Virus record (IMG/VR): IMGVR_UViG_3300020183_000007
Span: 96,001 to 160,000 of that record
Direction: 5' to 3' (one strand)
DNA from: a virus
Length of the DNA stretch: 64,000 nt
Both the position numbers and the translations under genes were made by a program. Below, in pieces: positions 35,923-46,762 of this stretch. The notes beneath the pieces were generated by a model, which was not told the origin of the DNA, searched no databases, and saw only the letters and a list, made by a program, of their open reading frames with translations. Each line of letters starts with the position of its first letter. Position 1 is the first letter of the stretch.

Positions 35923-36679
35923 CGATGATCTCTTTGATTATGACCCAGAGACAGATACCGATACAGAAGAAAGTGTTTCTGATTCACCTCAATCAGAACA
36001 ACACTTTTCATCATCCTCGAACAAAAACAAAACTTTAGAAGATTTCATTTCTTCTGCTAAAGAATTCATAAATGAAATATCTTCAACTGAAATTTCTGCA
36101 ATTGATGAGCGAAAGGTAAAACTTGCTACTAGTTTCCATGATGCTACTGCATTATATCATGAAAAAGTTCAAACTCCTGCTTACACTAAATCAGTAAGTA
36201 TTGTTCTAAATACTTTGACTAATGGAGACTTTACTAAAATTCTAATGTTCAATCATAAAGAAGCTCTTATTCTTCAAAGACTTCGTTATTTATCTATGAT
36301 GAATAAAATTTTTTCTCAGTCAAATTTAGATCAAAGCGTTATTAAGGAACTCTTTGAATTTATGAATGTAGAATATTCCGTTGAACATGTGCAAATATTT
36401 TATTCTTCTTCTGTCAATATTTCTCGTTTTTGTTTAAATCTTGATAGACTTATATACAAATATTTGGGTGAAAAACTTAATCTTCCCATTAAACAAGAAT
36501 TGCTTGATGACACTTATATAAACGAACCAGATAAGTTTTTTGCTCAGCTTAATACTTCTGTTGTTGACGATTATGCATCTCAATCATATGGTTCTCTTTA
36601 TGCTGAAATGGCAAATGATGGTATTTTGCAAGGTCTTTCTAATATTTATAATATACCATTCAATTATAAGGCTAATTGA
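35903..36679 (+). CDS. hypothetical protein
   Basis: 258-aa ORF. Confidence 0.7.
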   Translation: MTYFRNDDDLFDYDPETDTDTEESVSDSPQSEQHFSSSSNKNKTLEDFISSAKEFINEISSTEISAIDERKVKLATSFHDATALYHEKVQTPAYTKSVSIVLNTLTNGDFTKILMFNHKEALILQRLRYLSMMNKIFSQSNLDQSVIKELFEFMNVEYSVEHVQIFYSSSVNISRFCLNLDRLIYKYLGEKLNLPIKQELLDDTYINEPDKFFAQLNTSVVDDYASQSYGSLYAEMANDGILQGLSNIYNIPFNYKAN

Positions 36680-37140
36680 TGAAAAAAATAAAGCTTATTT
36701 TTCGTAAAGTTCCTAAAATTACATGGACTATATTTACTGCTTCCGCAGTGGCAGCAGTTAATTATTCTATAATTCACAGTTCATTTGTATTTTTCGCCAT
36801 GCTTGTTTTATTTACTCATGAAATAGCTCATTATTTTATGGCCAAAAAGCTTGGTTCCAACCCATCTTTTCCTCTTTTTATACCACTGCCATTATTTGCT
36901 ATAGCCTTTACTAGGGTTCCAGGTTTATCCAATGAGTCACAAATAAAAGTAGCCCTTTCGGGTCCTCTTGTAGGATTTTTAACTGCTTTTGTTTTATTTC
37001 TTTTAAATATTATTTTTAACTTCACTACTACAATAGGTCTCGCTGTATTAGCTATCGGTGAACTCTTTTTCAATTTTATGGGAACTGATGGCGCAAAATA
37101 CCGAACCGCAAAAAGGAATATTGCATTATGCATCTCTTAA
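36676..37140 (+). CDS. site-2 protease (M50)-like membrane protein
   Basis: HEIAH zinc motif, VALSGP, TM segments, terminal DG. Confidence 0.75.
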   Translation: MMKKIKLIFRKVPKITWTIFTASAVAAVNYSIIHSSFVFFAMLVLFTHEIAHYFMAKKLGSNPSFPLFIPLPLFAIAFTRVPGLSNESQIKVALSGPLVGFLTAFVLFLLNIIFNFTTTIGLAVLAIGELFFNFMGTDGAKYRTAKRNIALCIS

Positions 37141-37927
37141 TACTTCCCTTTATTTTAGCTGGTGTAAGTGCTAAGGTCATTAATAATAGACTGAAAAACA
37201 AAACCCCAGAAAAACAAATTGATATTATATTGGCTAGTTTCTTTACCACAGTAACACCACAACACTTTGGGGAATTCAATGAAAATATCCAAAATTCAAA
37301 TAAAACATCAAGAAGAAAGAGACAAAATACGCACTAAAATATCTAACTTTTTGGAAAATTCTTATTTTGACATACAGAGTCTCACTCCGGGAGCTGCAAT
37401 AGACGAACAGTATTTGGCTAGGGTACTTACAAAGTTAGCGATAGGATCTGCCACTGTATGGTGGTCTATACTAGAAATCAAAGATTTTATTGTTCTTCGT
37501 AAACTCACTAAAGGAGTTAAACGTGACATATCCCAATAATCTTCCGCCATCTTCTAAAATCGCTATGGACAATTTCAACTTTTCTTTCTCAATGGCTAAT
37601 AAAGCTAGTGTTGAAATACAAAAATCTTATGATGCCATTTCAGAAAGAATTCAAGCTATCGTAGAATCTGAAAAGTTTTATGTTTCTGGCATTCCTGTTC
37701 TCAAAAATATTCTTATGCTTGGCGGCACTAAGAATGATCTTAAAAAACTAGCCAAAGCTTTATCTCGTTTGGCGGATCTTGTTGATGTCCATGAAACTCT
37801 TGAAGGCAAAATGAGTCTTGTTAAAGTTATTAATGATGATCCTCATTGGTTTGCTTGGGCTTTTGGTGATTTTTCCAAAGACGTTGATGTGGGCATTGAC
37901 AAGATTTTTAAAGAATTAGACAATTAA
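37128..37927 (+). CDS. three small overlapping hypothetical ORFs (37128-37337, 37267-37539, 37490-37927)
   Basis: ORF run leading into the ubiquitin-like cassette; starts uncertain. Confidence 0.5.
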
Positions 37928-37947
37928 ATTTATTTAAGGATTAAACA

Positions 37948-39381
37948 ATGAGCAATGTACAATATTCTTTTGTTTCAACAGAAGAAGGGCATCTTACTTT
38001 TCGTTCTTCTGTTAATTCTTTTGGTCTAGACCATGTTACTGATAAGGACATGGTTTCTTTTTATACATCTTTCTCTAATTATGCCTACATTGATACTGGA
38101 TTGATGCCTGTTGATGGTTCAGGTTTATTAGCTCTTCGTTCCGCTGGCAATCATACCCAAATTGTTTATCAACATAAACCAGGTATGTATTATATTAACT
38201 GGGGTTCGCATGAGGGTGACAAGGATGCTGTTAAGTATTATGTTGCTCAACCTTATCGCATTGTTATTGCCGACCTTGTAGATGGAAACATTTACGGTGC
38301 AAGAACATTCTATACACCAATTCCTGTCACTTATCCTGATATACCACTCTATCACGTTAATCTTCCAAATATTAATTGCAAAGGGTATCGTGGCAATGCA
38401 GTAGGCTGGATTTGTTTGTACCATACTGAAGATATAACAAATTATCCTTTTGGAGAAAAGCTTGCCAAAGTTCTTGATCGTTGTTCTGGTACTGAAGCTT
38501 ACAACGATATTAATATGAATGAAACTGATGGTCCTCGTTTCTATTCCGAAAACGAAAAACCAAGTTTTCTTCATGATCCTTTTGAATGGCAAGAATATTC
38601 TCATAAGTATGGATATGAATGGACTCTTGATCCCGACCTATGGATCCCTGTTTTAGTTAAAAATCGCGACGATCAAGGCAAACACGATTATAGTGGTCAG
38701 CCATTAACTTTGGCTGATGCTATTACTGGTAATTATTCTGTTTATTATTCCGATACTGTCATACCCAAACCTGTTAATCAAATACTTCGCTCTGACTATT
38801 CTCTTCCTTCTTCTAAAGTTTTTGCTTGGTTTAAACAAGCTTACAATTCTTCTACCACTCAATCTCCTGTTATTAATGTCATTGAAAAATCTCAAACTAT
38901 TAAAGTAGATCAAAGCAATGCCCAACCAGTATTTGTACCAGAAGAAGATGTATCAGAAGAAGATGTATGGTACTGTGACAACTGTCAAGAAACCTTTTCA
39001 GTTCATGATTGTACTCCAAATACCACATATCATTCTGCCTTTATTTGCGCTCATTGCTTTGAAGATAAATACGTTTATGCTTTAAATACTAACGATTATC
39101 ATCATGCCGAATCTGAAAATATGTTGTGGTTAGCTATTTCGGATGCTTGGATCTATCTTCCCAAGGCATCTCCTGAAACCTACAAATATTGTAGCGATTG
39201 TGATACTGGTATCTATATAACTCACCAAAAATTTGATGAATTCCATATGGCTCCCAAAGAAGCAGATTTACCTGAAACTTGTCTTTCTTGTTATGAACAA
39301 TTTCAAGCTCAACAACATAACTATGAAAATTCTTTAATAGCTTTAGATGAAACGCCAGAAGAAAATACAACGCCTTTTTGA
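37948..39381 (+). CDS. prokaryotic E2 family D-like protein with C-terminal Cys/His-rich region
   Basis: DTGLMP; LYHVNLPNIN...GWICL resembles Prok-E2_D/PRTRC protein B (LY..P..N...G.IC); directly precedes JAB, E1 and Ubl. Confidence 0.65.
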   Translation: MSNVQYSFVSTEEGHLTFRSSVNSFGLDHVTDKDMVSFYTSFSNYAYIDTGLMPVDGSGLLALRSAGNHTQIVYQHKPGMYYINWGSHEGDKDAVKYYVAQPYRIVIADLVDGNIYGARTFYTPIPVTYPDIPLYHVNLPNINCKGYRGNAVGWICLYHTEDITNYPFGEKLAKVLDRCSGTEAYNDINMNETDGPRFYSENEKPSFLHDPFEWQEYSHKYGYEWTLDPDLWIPVLVKNRDDQGKHDYSGQPLTLADAITGNYSVYYSDTVIPKPVNQILRSDYSLPSSKVFAWFKQAYNSSTTQSPVINVIEKSQTIKVDQSNAQPVFVPEEDVSEEDVWYCDNCQETFSVHDCTPNTTYHSAFICAHCFEDKYVYALNTNDYHHAESENMLWLAISDAWIYLPKASPETYKYCSDCDTGIYITHQKFDEFHMAPKEADLPETCLSCYEQFQAQQHNYENSLIALDETPEENTTPF

Positions 39382-39434
39382 TATGACAAACATAAATATA
39401 CAAATAATTAAAATATTAATATTTAGGAGAAATA

Positions 39435-41138
39435 ATGTCTGAACAACTAGCTCTTCCTCTTGAGCAAAACGAAGAAGAATATCTTACATTGGAAGATCTT
39501 AATCCTCTTTGGATTACTCCTGATGGTCTTCCAACTTTTATGGCAGATAGATCTGACATTTGTGAATGTATTGAGTCTTTTGGTTTTAGCATTTATTATA
39601 TTATTGCTAACGAAGCAAAAGAAATTAAGCCTACAAATACTTCTTCTCACTACACTGGTACTGTTACATACAATAATACCAATAAAACAGCTGCCATAAC
39701 TCCTGTTCCTGTTATCGTTAGGTCTTCTCAAATCTATCGTGTTGTTAACAATTTTGTTGGTCGTTCTGTTGCGGCTGTTCGCCCAGAACTTACAAGCGAT
39801 TTTGTTGATATGGAAGAGGAGGCTATTTACAACATGCCTCCAATTCCTTATATTCTCATTGAAAAGCTTGATCAATTCTTTAGACTTGTTGAAGCTCAAC
39901 ATGGTACAGAATCTATCGTGATGCTTACATTTGACCAAGACAAACAGGAATCTGACGGCTGGGGCATACTTGTTCCCGATCAGTCCAATACTTCTGTTCA
40001 CTGCAATTACGATCCAGACAGTATCGCTCAGATTAAACCCGACAATGTCCTCATCGTTGGCTCTGCGCATAGTCATCCTGGAATGAGCGCTTATGCTTCT
40101 GGGACTGATCATGCAGATCAAGCTGATTTTGATGGTATTCACATTACTTTTGGCTGGCAAAAATCTGTAAACAACGGTGCAACTCAATATTATATTGAAA
40201 TGCAAATGGCTGGAAAAGCTTACAAGCTTGATCCAGAAGATGTTTTTGAAGGTTACAATATTGATAGGGCCCCAGATCCTGAAGTTGTAGGATGGACTGA
40301 TAAAGTAAAAAAAGTCAACCCCCCCAGTACGGGGGGTACAGTAACGGCAGTTCCTGGGCAACCTCTGCCCCAACCCCAGGCTCCTATTCAGGCTACTACG
40401 GTGGGTGGACCCAGTAGTAAAAAGCTTACTGGTTATATCAATTATTCCTCTCATATGTTAAATATTATAGATGAGACTATAAGTTATGAACACAAAGCTA
40501 TTCTTGTTTGCGAAGTAACTCCTGCAAATGATAAAACTAAGTTTCATTGTCCATCTTGCTTTTCTTATCTTCCTATCAGTTCTATAACTCGTGATTATTG
40601 TTGTTCTTTTTGTGACGTTCCCTTGTGTCTTCCGGACACTTCAATAGATCAAATAGTTTATGATATATCTAAATATTGTGAAGAAAGAAATATTTCTCAA
40701 GACGCTGTTTTATATATGCTCACTAAAGATATTCAAAATGAATACATGATTTTGAGACTTACTCCAGAGCTAATTACTGATTATCTTGATTATCAATGGC
40801 CAAAAAATAATTCTCCTATTAATGATGAACAGCTTACTCTTTGTTGTTCTCAAACTAAAGATCAATGTTTTTGTGAAGTTCAAATTCTAACTATGGATAC
40901 TTTTGATTTTGATAATTTTATGGGGAATTCTGATGTTTATTCACAACATTCTGATTGCTGGAAGTGTGAGCATTATTACACAGCTCACTGCCCTAGATAC
41001 ATAGATCTTGTAACCACTTTTATGTCTTCTCCTGACAAGAAAGAACCAAAGCAATATTCTGAAACTATTGTTTCAGACGGTTGTGCATATTATAAAGACA
41101 TATATGCATATGAAAGAGATACATATGAACCCCACTGA
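39435..41138 (+). CDS. JAB/MPN (JAMM) metallo-isopeptidase with C-terminal Zn-finger-like region
   Basis: TESIVML...HSHPGMSAYASGTD fits E-xn-HxH-x7-S-x2-D. Confidence 0.88.
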   Translation: MSEQLALPLEQNEEEYLTLEDLNPLWITPDGLPTFMADRSDICECIESFGFSIYYIIANEAKEIKPTNTSSHYTGTVTYNNTNKTAAITPVPVIVRSSQIYRVVNNFVGRSVAAVRPELTSDFVDMEEEAIYNMPPIPYILIEKLDQFFRLVEAQHGTESIVMLTFDQDKQESDGWGILVPDQSNTSVHCNYDPDSIAQIKPDNVLIVGSAHSHPGMSAYASGTDHADQADFDGIHITFGWQKSVNNGATQYYIEMQMAGKAYKLDPEDVFEGYNIDRAPDPEVVGWTDKVKKVNPPSTGGTVTAVPGQPLPQPQAPIQATTVGGPSSKKLTGYINYSSHMLNIIDETISYEHKAILVCEVTPANDKTKFHCPSCFSYLPISSITRDYCCSFCDVPLCLPDTSIDQIVYDISKYCEERNISQDAVLYMLTKDIQNEYMILRLTPELITDYLDYQWPKNNSPINDEQLTLCCSQTKDQCFCEVQILTMDTFDFDNFMGNSDVYSQHSDCWKCEHYYTAHCPRYIDLVTTFMSSPDKKEPKQYSETIVSDGCAYYKDIYAYERDTYEPH

Positions 41139-41889
41139 TTCCAAACGTTTCATTCTTGTTGGCGCTGGAGGAATCGGCACTTGGCTTGCCGCTGGTCTTG
41201 TTCGCCTTCTTGAATGGAAGTTTCCCAATTCTGCTCTTATCATTGTAGATGGCGATACTTACGAAGAAAAAAACAAAGAGCGTCAAGATTTTACTAAGCT
41301 CGGCAATAAAGCCGTTGTCAAAGCTACAGAATTAGTTCCACAATTTCCCAAAACTACAATTATCCCCGTTGCTAAATGGGTTGTTGATGATAATTTTTCT
41401 GGAATTGCGGACGAACAAAGTCCTAAAATTAAAGCTAGTGATCTTATCAGAGAAAACGATGTTATTTTTGCTGTAGTTGACAATTTTGCTGCAAGAAAAA
41501 TACTTTTTGATGCCGCAACAAAACTTAATAACGTTGACGTTTTTACAGGCGGAAATGACGATGCTTTATTTGGTTCTATTTATCATTATCAGAAACGCGA
41601 TGGCGTAGAGATTACTGTTCATCCAGCTGAATTTCATCCAGAATATCATAATCCTCCAGATAAAAATCCTGGTGAACTCAGCTGCCAACAGCGTTCTCAA
41701 ATTGAAGGCGGAACACAGCTTCTTGCTACTAATATGGCGGTTGCATCTTTTATTCTGGGTAGGGTTCAGAAAATTATAGTGTCCAATCAGAGTCCGGAAG
41801 AAACAGAAATTTTCTTCGATCTGGGCATAGGCAAATCTGAGCCGTACAACAGAATGCATTCATCCCTGAATGAAACAATTACAGTATAA
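41125..41889 (+). CDS. ThiF/E1-like ubiquitin-like activating enzyme
   Basis: VGAGGIG, IVDGDTYEEKNKERQ, AVVDNFAARK, candidate catalytic Cys in ELSCQQ. Confidence 0.9.
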   Translation: MNPTDSKRFILVGAGGIGTWLAAGLVRLLEWKFPNSALIIVDGDTYEEKNKERQDFTKLGNKAVVKATELVPQFPKTTIIPVAKWVVDDNFSGIADEQSPKIKASDLIRENDVIFAVVDNFAARKILFDAATKLNNVDVFTGGNDDALFGSIYHYQKRDGVEITVHPAEFHPEYHNPPDKNPGELSCQQRSQIEGGTQLLATNMAVASFILGRVQKIIVSNQSPEETEIFFDLGIGKSEPYNRMHSSLNETITV

Positions 41890-41910
41890 TATAAAATAGG
41901 AGATATTACA

Positions 41911-42165
41911 ATGGAAACCTCAAGTAGCAGTGAAGGACAGCCAAGCCGTTCTTCCGGTATGGCCAATATTCGTTATGGCGTTTACAATCAGCCTAGCAAT
42001 ATTGCCGGTAAGTCAATCAAGGAAGTTCGTGAGCAATTCAGCAAGATTTGGGGAATCCCCAATGATGCTGTCGCATACTGTGGCAAAGATAAGCTTGACG
42101 AGAACGCAGTAATTCAACCTGGTCAGAACGTCGAATTTCACCGTCGTGCTGGCGAGAAGGGCTGA
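41911..42165 (+). CDS. ubiquitin-like (beta-grasp) protein ending in Gly
   Basis: 84 aa, AGKSIKEVR...IQPGQNVEFHRRAGEKG*; follows E1. Confidence 0.8.
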   Translation: METSSSSEGQPSRSSGMANIRYGVYNQPSNIAGKSIKEVREQFSKIWGIPNDAVAYCGKDKLDENAVIQPGQNVEFHRRAGEKG

Positions 42166-42293
42166 TTACTCATATACGAACAGTTGTTTCTAACACTGTT
42201 CGGTAGGGGGAGGATACTCTTTATGGGTATCCTCCCCCTCTCATTTACTTCATTATTTAAAAATCCTACAACTAATATTACGGTGATAAGATA

Positions 42294-43898
42294 ATGTTTG
42301 ACAAAATTAAACTGGGATGTCCCAATCTTTGGCTTCAGTCTTCTGATTTTTCAAGGGTTACTGACATTATTACATCTACTATTTCTCGCAATTTTTACAC
42401 TATGGATTTTGTCAATGGATTTTCTAAGTTTGTTGATGGACAATGGAAACAAATTCTTGTACCTAATCCTGCTTACCCTGAAATGGCCACTGATTCACAT
42501 ATAATCACTTTTGATCCTCAAGTCGCTCTACATTATCTTACTACAGACAAAACTATTACTCGTTCTACATATATTATTAATGTACCTTCATCTCCGGCTG
42601 ATTCCATTACACCTTATTCTTCTATTCTTTACCATTTCAAATCTCTTTATCGCACAGCCTTTTGGGCAGACGATATAGCAGCAATGCCTTTGCAGTTTAT
42701 TTTTATTTCTGCTCTCGAATGCCCAGAAGATTTTGTTCATTTGTTTACTGTTCTAGAAGATTCTTATCCAACTCCGCAAGAACTTTCTACAATCGTTACT
42801 CATATTAATGAATCAGCTCATGACCGTCTTATTACTGGCACTACAGTAAAAGAGATTGTTAACGCTGGTATCGGCCTTTCCGAATCCCAGTTTATTGATC
42901 TGTGCCTAATGTCCGTTGTCAATAATTCTAAAATTGATCCCAAGTATATTTATGATGTCAAAATGGCTAATATAAAGAAGAATGGTATTCTTGAAATACT
43001 TAAGCCTACCATATCTTTTTCTGATATTGGCGGTCTTGATAATATTAAGGATATCATTCGTCGTACTGCTGTTTTGCGTAAAGATCAACATCGTGCAATT
43101 TCTTTTGATGTAGTGCCAATCAGAAGACTTCTTATGGTTGGTGTTCCTGGTACTGGCAAATCTGCTATTTGTCAAGCTACTGCTAAAGAACTCAATCTTG
43201 ATCTTGCACGCACTGGCATTAGCCAAGTTATGAATTCTTTCATTGGCCAATCAGAGGCCAATATGCGTGCAGTCTTTAAGCAGATCAGAGCCATGTCTCC
43301 TTTGTGCGTATGGATTGACGAGTTTGGTCGCGATCTTTCAGGTGGCACAAGTTCTTCTCATGTCGACGGTGGCACAACTGATCGTGTTCACGGTGAGTTT
43401 TTGACTGGTCTCCAAGAACTTCCTGAAGACACATTTTTGTTGTGTGCTGCGAACTCTCTTGATTCTCTGAAACCAGAAATGCTTCGTGCTGACCGATTTG
43501 ACAAAATTATGTTTGTTGGTTTACCTTCTTTTAGTGAACGCAAACATATTTTTCAAATTCATCTTTCTAAAATTGATACAGATCATTCTTTTGATTATGA
43601 TGCTATCGCTGATGCAACTCAGTACATGACTGGTGCTGAGATAGTCTCTTTGATTAAAGAAACTAAATTTTATGTTGTTTCTGAATCTTTGAGACCTATC
43701 GAAACAAATGATATTCTTACTTATGCTTCTAAAATTAAAAATATTATTTGGATGAAACATCATGAAACGGTTGTCTCAATGTACAAATATGCGTTGGAAC
43801 AGTGGGATTGGGCATCCACAGAACAAATGAACGATGCTACAATAATACTATCCAAAACTTCAACGCAAAAACAATCAACATCCGTAACATGGAAATAA
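42294..43898 (+). CDS. AAA+ ATPase (Ycf46-like)
   Basis: Walker A GVPGTGKS, Walker B VWIDE, SRH AANSLDSLKPEMLRADRFD. Confidence 0.9.
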   Translation: MFDKIKLGCPNLWLQSSDFSRVTDIITSTISRNFYTMDFVNGFSKFVDGQWKQILVPNPAYPEMATDSHIITFDPQVALHYLTTDKTITRSTYIINVPSSPADSITPYSSILYHFKSLYRTAFWADDIAAMPLQFIFISALECPEDFVHLFTVLEDSYPTPQELSTIVTHINESAHDRLITGTTVKEIVNAGIGLSESQFIDLCLMSVVNNSKIDPKYIYDVKMANIKKNGILEILKPTISFSDIGGLDNIKDIIRRTAVLRKDQHRAISFDVVPIRRLLMVGVPGTGKSAICQATAKELNLDLARTGISQVMNSFIGQSEANMRAVFKQIRAMSPLCVWIDEFGRDLSGGTSSSHVDGGTTDRVHGEFLTGLQELPEDTFLLCAANSLDSLKPEMLRADRFDKIMFVGLPSFSERKHIFQIHLSKIDTDHSFDYDAIADATQYMTGAEIVSLIKETKFYVVSESLRPIETNDILTYASKIKNIIWMKHHETVVSMYKYALEQWDWASTEQMNDATIILSKTSTQKQSTSVTWK

Positions 43899-43910
43899 AA
43901 AGGGGAAACA

Positions 43911-44552
43911 GTGACTAACAATGCTTATGATAATGTGGAAGATTTTTTATCTTCTATAGACGATGATGGTTCTCCTATTGAAACTATGAAGAATTCTGAT
44001 AACAAAGAATTTCATCAGGAGCTTTATAAGAAATGGTTTAGATCTAAAACTCAATCTGGCTTCTTAGCTATTCGCCCTTGGCATCAAGCTTTGAAGATGA
44101 AAATCGATATTGGTAAAACATCTCCGGAAGGCAAACTTGTTAGTAGTACCGCTGTTTTTGTTGATTCTATTGACTTTTCTGCTTATCTTAAATCCATTAC
44201 TACGGAAAATGCTGTAAACAATTATCCTAAAAACGACAAAATGGGCATTCCTACTGACGAAGGTTTTGTTTCTTATGGTGGCGCCGTCATTGATGGTAAG
44301 CCTATATCTAGAATATTTAAAGCCCATTATTGGCAGTTTGCAGAAACATATGACGCTACTGCTTTTGTTTGGAAGTGTGGCCACTTTGCTGCACGCAAAT
44401 CTGATAGTGGTGCCTTTATTCCCGATATGAAATCACCTTTATCTGTAGATCAAATTAAGGTAACTCGTCAAGATATCTGTTCTATCTCTTATCTTATGAA
44501 TTTATCTTTAATTTCTTATGTTGCAAATACTCAAGATTGGTATGAAATATGA
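43911..44552 (+). CDS. hypothetical protein
   Basis: 213-aa ORF, AGGGGA RBS. Confidence 0.75.
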   Translation: MTNNAYDNVEDFLSSIDDDGSPIETMKNSDNKEFHQELYKKWFRSKTQSGFLAIRPWHQALKMKIDIGKTSPEGKLVSSTAVFVDSIDFSAYLKSITTENAVNNYPKNDKMGIPTDEGFVSYGGAVIDGKPISRIFKAHYWQFAETYDATAFVWKCGHFAARKSDSGAFIPDMKSPLSVDQIKVTRQDICSISYLMNLSLISYVANTQDWYEI

Positions 44553-44935
44553 CGGATAGTAGCGAATATCTTGACAAAACCACTGCAGATTTTCTTACAA
44601 AATTTTTTCAAGATATTATAAACGGTTTAGCAGTTCAGATTGAAGATCGTCTTAAAACTGTAGAAACAGCTATTGAAGGCATTGAAAAGCAAGTTGCTAC
44701 ACTTGTTCTTAGTTATGGGGAACAGGCAGTTTTTACCGAAGCTTTAGTTGGTCAGATTGCTTTTGCCACCGACGAAGCACGTAAAGCCTTTCATGAAACT
44801 TTGCAGCAATCGCGCAAACAAATGCTAGAGGTAATGCAAAATGCATCAAAAGGAATCTTGGCTGACGAAAATCCTAGAGTTGCCTCAGCCGTTAACAACT
44901 TGGCTACAGAAAAGTTATTTGATACAAACTCCTGA
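44549..44935 (+). CDS. coiled-coil hypothetical protein
   Basis: ATGA-coupled ORF. Confidence 0.7.
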   Translation: MTDSSEYLDKTTADFLTKFFQDIINGLAVQIEDRLKTVETAIEGIEKQVATLVLSYGEQAVFTEALVGQIAFATDEARKAFHETLQQSRKQMLEVMQNASKGILADENPRVASAVNNLATEKLFDTNS

Positions 44936-46761
44936 TTTTTCTTGCGTTTTATTCGTAGATAATTATTCTGAAGTTTTATTGAAGAATTTAACTTATCTTA
45001 GTCAAATATATCCTTTAGCTAAATCTTTGTATCCAACAATTACGTCTTTGCACGTAGCTTCAACTACTCTTCAAGAGTTTATAAAAACTGGTAAAATTGA
45101 AATATATTCCATAGAGGTGAATTTATGACTGTGGTGCAACGCTTTGAAAATACAACACATTTATATAATTATTTTGTGTCTTCTCTTTCGTCTAATAATT
45201 TTGTAAAACTAAATCAAGACAATGTGCAACTTTTCGCTGAGACATATTCTCTTCATTCTTCTATTATTAATGAAGTTTCCCAGTCTCCTTATAATTTCTA
45301 TCTTTATACTTCTTCTAAAACTTCTTATCGTAAGAATGTTCATCCATATTTACCTAACGTTCTTTACAAAAGATTTTTTAATAGTCTAAAGATATTCAAT
45401 ATTATACGTGAAGCTTCTTCTTCAATGGTTCTTATTCACATGTTGCCTTTTAGTGAAGAACTATTTGATTCCATCAACAATTCTTCTAATTTAGATAATA
45501 TCAAAGTGCTTAATCAGATTATTGACAATTTTTCTAATGTATCTGCTGATAATCAGTATTACATTGATTATATTAAAACTTTAGAAGCAAAATGTTTAGA
45601 ACTTCAAAATTTAAACTCTAATCTTTTGGATCAAATTCAAAATTTTAAACTGACTACTTGGTACTGAATATTATGTCTGATGATTCTTTTACTTTTGATA
45701 GTTTTTCATTTGTAAATAATTTTAATAATTTTAACGATATTATTTTTAAACAAGATTCTAATTTAAGTTTAGAAGAATTTTTTGCCGATTTCAAAAAAAC
45801 AGTTTCTAAACTTACAAAAGAAAGTTTGATAGAAAAGGTAAATACTGACATGTCCAATTACCCAATTGTTCCTGTTTCCTCGGATCAATACAAGGCAGTT
45901 ATATACCCACATATGTCACCTGAAGGTAAACCCTTACATTTCAATTTATATATTAATCATGATCCTTCATTACCTTCTGATATTGTTGTTATAGACTACT
46001 TAAATTCTGGTGAATTGTTTTGTAATCTTTCTCAAATTAATCTTCAAAACACTCGTCCTTTACTTCAAAATCTATATGCCAGATATTTAAGTTCACCTGA
46101 ATTTGTTAATGACACCCATCCAATAGGATACACATCTACTATGATACCTTCCGCTGTAACATGTGTTTCTCCTGTAAATTCTGATTCTATAGCTTGGTCT
46201 TTTCCTCTGGCTAAACTTTTTGATTATACTCATGTTTCAAAGGATATTCCGGTTTGCCAGTATTACACTCATCAATCATTGGACGATTCTGTTCCAGTTA
46301 TTATTTCTTCTAAATATAAATACGCTAATGTAATTCCCGGCAATCATATGTGTTCTCATCCATCTGTGTCTCAGAATCCTTATAGTTGTTCATTTTTTAC
46401 TTTTTTCTCAAATTGTTCTATGTATTCTCCGTCCCAACAAGAAATATTATTTAAAACTGTGACATCACCTAATTCTTCGTCCACTCTTGATTTTGTGTTA
46501 ACTTACTCTCTTACTTCTTCGGGTAACCATATGTTCGTTTTAACGAATCAAACTATTGGTGAAGACGTTAATGTATTAGTTTATCCTCAAACTTATTCTT
46601 ATGATAAATGTTTAGAAGAAGCCACTTCAATATATAATCAATATATTGAACCGTATTCTTCTACTCTTTGCGTTATTTCTGAAAACCAAAAAATTAGTTC
46701 TTCTGATTCAACAAAATATGTAGAAAAAGAAAGTTATATTACATCTCTCTTGGTAGGTTGA
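44841..46761 (+). CDS. three hypothetical ORFs (44841-45128, 45125-45667, 45658-46761)
   Basis: overlapping ORF run; no family recognised. Confidence 0.6.
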
Positions 46762-46762
46762 A

